This document shows positions 17,898-20,000 of a stretch of 20,000 nt of DNA, one piece after another; the stretch's first letter is position 1, and each line of letters begins with the position of its first letter. The DNA lies in the IMG/VR virus record IMGVR_UViG_3300042452_000572; one strand, given 5' to 3'. Both the position numbers and the translations under genes were made by a program. The stretch is from an uncultured virus (IMG/VR IMGVR_UViG_3300042452_000572). Its lineage: Duplodnaviria > Heunggongvirae > Uroviricota > Caudoviricetes. The notes under the pieces are model-generated. The model saw only the letters and a program-made list of their open reading frames with translations, had not been told where the DNA came from and searched no databases.

Positions 17898-18609
17898 CTT
17901 GTATTACTCCAATAACATGATTTGCTATTTTTTGATGACCAATCTCACTTGGATGTTCTCCTGAGTAAAATAAATTTTCTTTTTTTTCACAATAATCGGC
18001 ATTATTAAATGGTTCATTTAAAATACCATTACATATTGGGGTTAATTCATTATACTTATGCTTACATATATTTTTCCATAATTTTGCTTCTTTGTCAAAA
18101 TTTAATTTAGTAGTATTGATTTTCATCAAATAATATTTAATATTATTTTTTTCAAAATATTGTTCTAATAAAAATAAATTTTTGTAAAATCTGCACATCG
18201 CATCACTATGGTTATATACTTCTTTATAATAAGACATAATCATTTGCTTTGAAAACTCATAAATCTTTTTAATATATTTGTCTTTCCAATAATATTCTTG
18301 TGTTAATCCTGTATAAATTTTTAATGGTTTATTGTAAAAATTGCAAACGTATTCTAGTCTTTCAAGATATGTAAATTGTATAATAGCAAAATCGCAGGTA
18401 TTACCACTTTCAAACCATTCAATCGTTTCCCTTACAATAGCATCATTAGAATTTGCTGGACTAGAAATATTATCATAACTCATTTCAAAATGATTTGCTA
18501 CTAGATGTGAAAAACGATGAGTTCTTTGATGTTCGATATCTTTATTAATACCATCTAATTCTCCACCATACGTAAAACTACATCCGTGAAATAAAAGGTT
18601 ATAATGCAT
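17887..18609 (-). CDS. SGNH/GDSL-fold protein, paralog 1 (240 aa from ATG 18609)
   Basis: FHGCSFTYG, ANSNDAIVR, TIEWFESGNTCDFAIIQFT, SGEHPSEIGHQKIA; start moved from TTG 18621 to ATG 18609 because paralogs 2 and 3 begin with the same MHYNLLF. Confidence 0.78.
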   Translation of the reverse strand: MHYNLLFHGCSFTYGGELDGINKDIEHQRTHRFSHLVANHFEMSYDNISSPANSNDAIVRETIEWFESGNTCDFAIIQFTYLERLEYVCNFYNKPLKIYTGLTQEYYWKDKYIKKIYEFSKQMIMSYYKEVYNHSDAMCRFYKNLFLLEQYFEKNNIKYYLMKINTTKLNFDKEAKLWKNICKHKYNELTPICNGILNEPFNNADYCEKKENLFYSGEHPSEIGHQKIANHVIGVIQDAL

Positions 18610-18654
18610 TTTATACCCCAAAAAAATTTTGATATTCTATGAAAACCCTATAGT

Positions 18655-18662
18655 GATTTATA
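18655..18662 (-). promoter_or_regulatory. Possible late promoter (TATAAATC, 7/8 match) for the SGNH operon
   Basis: + strand gatttata, 45 nt upstream of ATG 18609. Confidence 0.3.
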
Positions 18663-18769
18663 TACCTGAAAAATTTTTTTATAATCCTTATATCTCGTTC
18701 GCTCTTTTGGTTCGTTGTAGGTTAGGGTAGTTAGCGTTTTTAGCTTTAGGCATCGCCCGCCAGGGATAT

Positions 18770-18819
18770 AAGAAACCCCGCCCAAACACTGTCGATAAGT
18801 GACAATGAACGAACGGGGT
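18770..18819 (-). terminator. Long hairpin, probable terminator or structured RNA, after the 53-aa ORF
   Basis: Minus strand ACCCCGUUCG-uu-CAUUGUC-acuuauc-GACAGUG-uu-UGGGCGGGGU then UUCUU; pairing uses G-U pairs that only form on the minus-strand transcript. Confidence 0.55.
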
Positions 18820-18828
18820 GAATAACGA

Positions 18829-18990
18829 TCAGAAGTCGATCACATCTGCTGTGGGTGCATTATAAACGACTTGACAAACACTGCCAGACGTGGTAGACTT
18901 GTCATCAGACACGAGTGCATCTAGAATGTTCAAGATCTCCCGTCCAGTGTTACCGAGACGAAGTGCATTGATCATCAACGAAGTGCTCAT
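18829..18990 (-). CDS. Small hypothetical protein, 53 aa
   Basis: Hand translation MSTSLMINALRLGNTGREILNILDALVSDDKSTTSGSVCQVVYNAPTADVIDF*; followed by a hairpin; LRxGNTGxEILxILD resembles small cyanophage ORFs (recollection). Confidence 0.68.
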   Translation of the reverse strand: MSTSLMINALRLGNTGREILNILDALVSDDKSTTSGSVCQVVYNAPTADVIDF

Positions 18991-19059
18991 GAGTTACTGT
19001 TAGGAACTGTGTGGAATGGTGTGTAACTATAAGGGCAAACACATTCCCATTAACGAAAG

Positions 19060-19339
19060 TTTTCCACAGGTTATAACGAGATCGCAGTCTGCCACTATAA
19101 GTAACACGAACTGCCTGTGGAAAACTTATAAGAAACTGTGGAAAACGTGTGGAAAACTTATAAGTTTGCTGTGGAAAAGTGTGCTGTGGTTCTTATAACT
19201 GGACGGGGGAGATCTGTGAGACTGTGTGTGTCTTATAGTGCGACCGCTTAGGTGACAACGGCAGCGGGCATTTATAAGGGTTTCAGGTATAAGAACCACA
19301 CACAGAGTTTTCCACAATTTCCACAGCACTTTCTCAACA
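19060..19339. repeat. Cluster of DnaA-box-like 9-mers (TTTTCCACA) with direct and inverted repeats; oriC-like region
   Basis: Perfect TTTTCCACA at 19060-68(+), 19116-24(-), 19137-45(-), 19148-56(-), 19170-78(-), 19308-16(+); near matches ATTTCCACA 19317-25 and TTCTCAACA 19331-39; 17-bp direct repeat tgtggaaaacttataag at 19116 and 19148. Confidence 0.85.
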
Positions 19340-19390
19340 ACTAAAATACATTTATTTTTACATTTATTATACTATGCGCTTTTCAGCATA

Positions 19391-19687
19391 CTAACAATTA
19401 TCAGAACTGCAATAAGTATCACCATCCAGAAACTTCACGACATCAGTATAACAATCTTGTTGTACTGGGGACTTTACTTTGCGTTCCAGGATTTGGCGTT
19501 GGTAGTGTTGCACGCTATTGAGATTGGTTGTATAATAGTCGTTCAATTCTACCAGTCGTTCGCTGATAAGTTGCAGCAGATCATCAAGTAAATCAGTACA
19601 TCCATTGGAGGTACTATCTGTCAGCATGTCATCAAGATCATCGACAAATCGTTTGGGAAACGTATCAGAAACGTTTGAGAAGTTCAT
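19391..19687 (-). CDS. Hypothetical acidic protein, 98 aa (106 aa if started at 19711)
   Basis: ORF-track ORF on the coding strand; ATG 19687 (MNFSNVSD) preferred because it overlaps the upstream 45-aa ORF less. Confidence 0.65.
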   Translation of the reverse strand: MNFSNVSDTFPKRFVDDLDDMLTDSTSNGCTDLLDDLLQLISERLVELNDYYTTNLNSVQHYQRQILERKVKSPVQQDCYTDVVKFLDGDTYCSSDNC

Positions 19688-19802
19688 GGGTTTCGTTGTC
19701 GAGAGTTTCATTGATTGTCTGTTCGTTGAGTACGCTCAGAATGTCATCTTCCCATTCTGTTTGATTATAATCGAAGTCGGGTTGATAGTCAAGTTCGCTC
19801 AT
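19665..19802 (-). CDS. Very acidic hypothetical protein, 45 aa
   Basis: Hand translation MSELDYQPDFDYNQTEWEDDILSVLNEQTINETLDNETHELLKRF*; starts 3 nt after the upstream stop. Confidence 0.65.
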   Translation of the reverse strand: MSELDYQPDFDYNQTEWEDDILSVLNEQTINETLDNETHELLKRF

Positions 19803-19805
19803 GAT

Positions 19806-19961
19806 TTACCAGAATACGATGATTGCTTCATTGCCAAGTTTGGTTTGCTCAGCAATGATCTCCATTGCATGATTGTAGGACTTGACTGTTACATAACGTG
19901 CTTTACCTTTGGTTTCTGGGAACAATCCAACTTTGTCAATGATGCGGATTTGATTAGACAT
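19806..19961 (-). CDS. Hypothetical protein, 51 aa
   Basis: Hand translation MSNQIRIIDKVGLFPETKGKARYVTVKSYNHAMEIIAEQTKLGNEAIIVFW*; tiles with the next ORF. Confidence 0.68.
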   Translation of the reverse strand: MSNQIRIIDKVGLFPETKGKARYVTVKSYNHAMEIIAEQTKLGNEAIIVFW

Positions 19962-20000
19962 TTGCGAGTAGTTTTTGGGTGTGGTAGATAACGCCTTGGG

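Noticed and set aside
12553..18609. Saxitoxin or Nod-factor biosynthesis cluster
   Set aside because: Only the generic carbamoyltransferase/SGNH module is present; no core sxt or nodABC genes in the window.
14188..18609. Diversity-generating retroelement behind the SGNH repeats
   Set aside because: No reverse transcriptase in the window; the repeats are whole-gene paralogs rather than a template/variable pair differing at adenines.
18722..18727. Telomere-like TTAGGG / G-quadruplex
   Set aside because: Single copy with too few G-runs; kept only as part of the skewed boundary element.
19116..19197. Mini-CRISPR array
   Set aside because: Repeats are 9-17 bp, irregularly spaced and in both orientations, with no spacer-length unique sequences and no cas genes.
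19016..19329. ORFs 19016-19198 (+) and 19126-19329 (-)
   Set aside because: Their LWK/CGK/FH repeats are simply translations of the TGTGGAAAA/TTTTCCACA DNA repeats; better explained as non-coding.
19366..19394. Sigma70-type promoter on the minus strand (TATAAT at 19366-19371)
   Set aside because: No convincing -35 hexamer at 16-18 bp spacing; cannot be supported without TSS data.
19605..19991. 128-aa plus-strand ORF
   Set aside because: Antisense to three minus-strand ORFs that tile tightly in the direction of all other genes.

Overview
Window from an AT-rich T4-like myovirus, most consistent with a cyanophage (Kyanoviridae-type); every convincing gene is on the minus strand. In transcription order (right to left): (i) small early-type hypothetical ORFs (19391-19961); (ii) a non-coding block (~19000-19380) with six perfect TTTTCCACA 9-mers (DnaA-box consensus), a second TATAAG-type repeat and a long inverted repeat; (iii) a 53-aa ORF, a long hairpin and a strand-skewed element at a compositional boundary (18620-18990); (iv) a tightly overlapping 11-gene run (18609-11366) of six tandem atypical SGNH/GDSL-fold paralogs split by an HNH nuclease, two micro-ORFs, a NodU/CmcH-family carbamoyltransferase and a radical SAM protein, followed by a GT-A-like glycosyltransferase; (v) several small hypothetical ORFs; (vi) baseplate genes gp25, gp6 and a giant gp7-like wedge protein (>2278 aa, runs off the left edge and is missing from the ORF track). 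Most interesting: the putative acyl/carbamoyl/glycosyl tailoring system next to the baseplate genes and the oriC-like DnaA-box cluster. No tRNA, rRNA, CRISPR or IS element seen. All family calls are from motif recognition by eye, not database searches.
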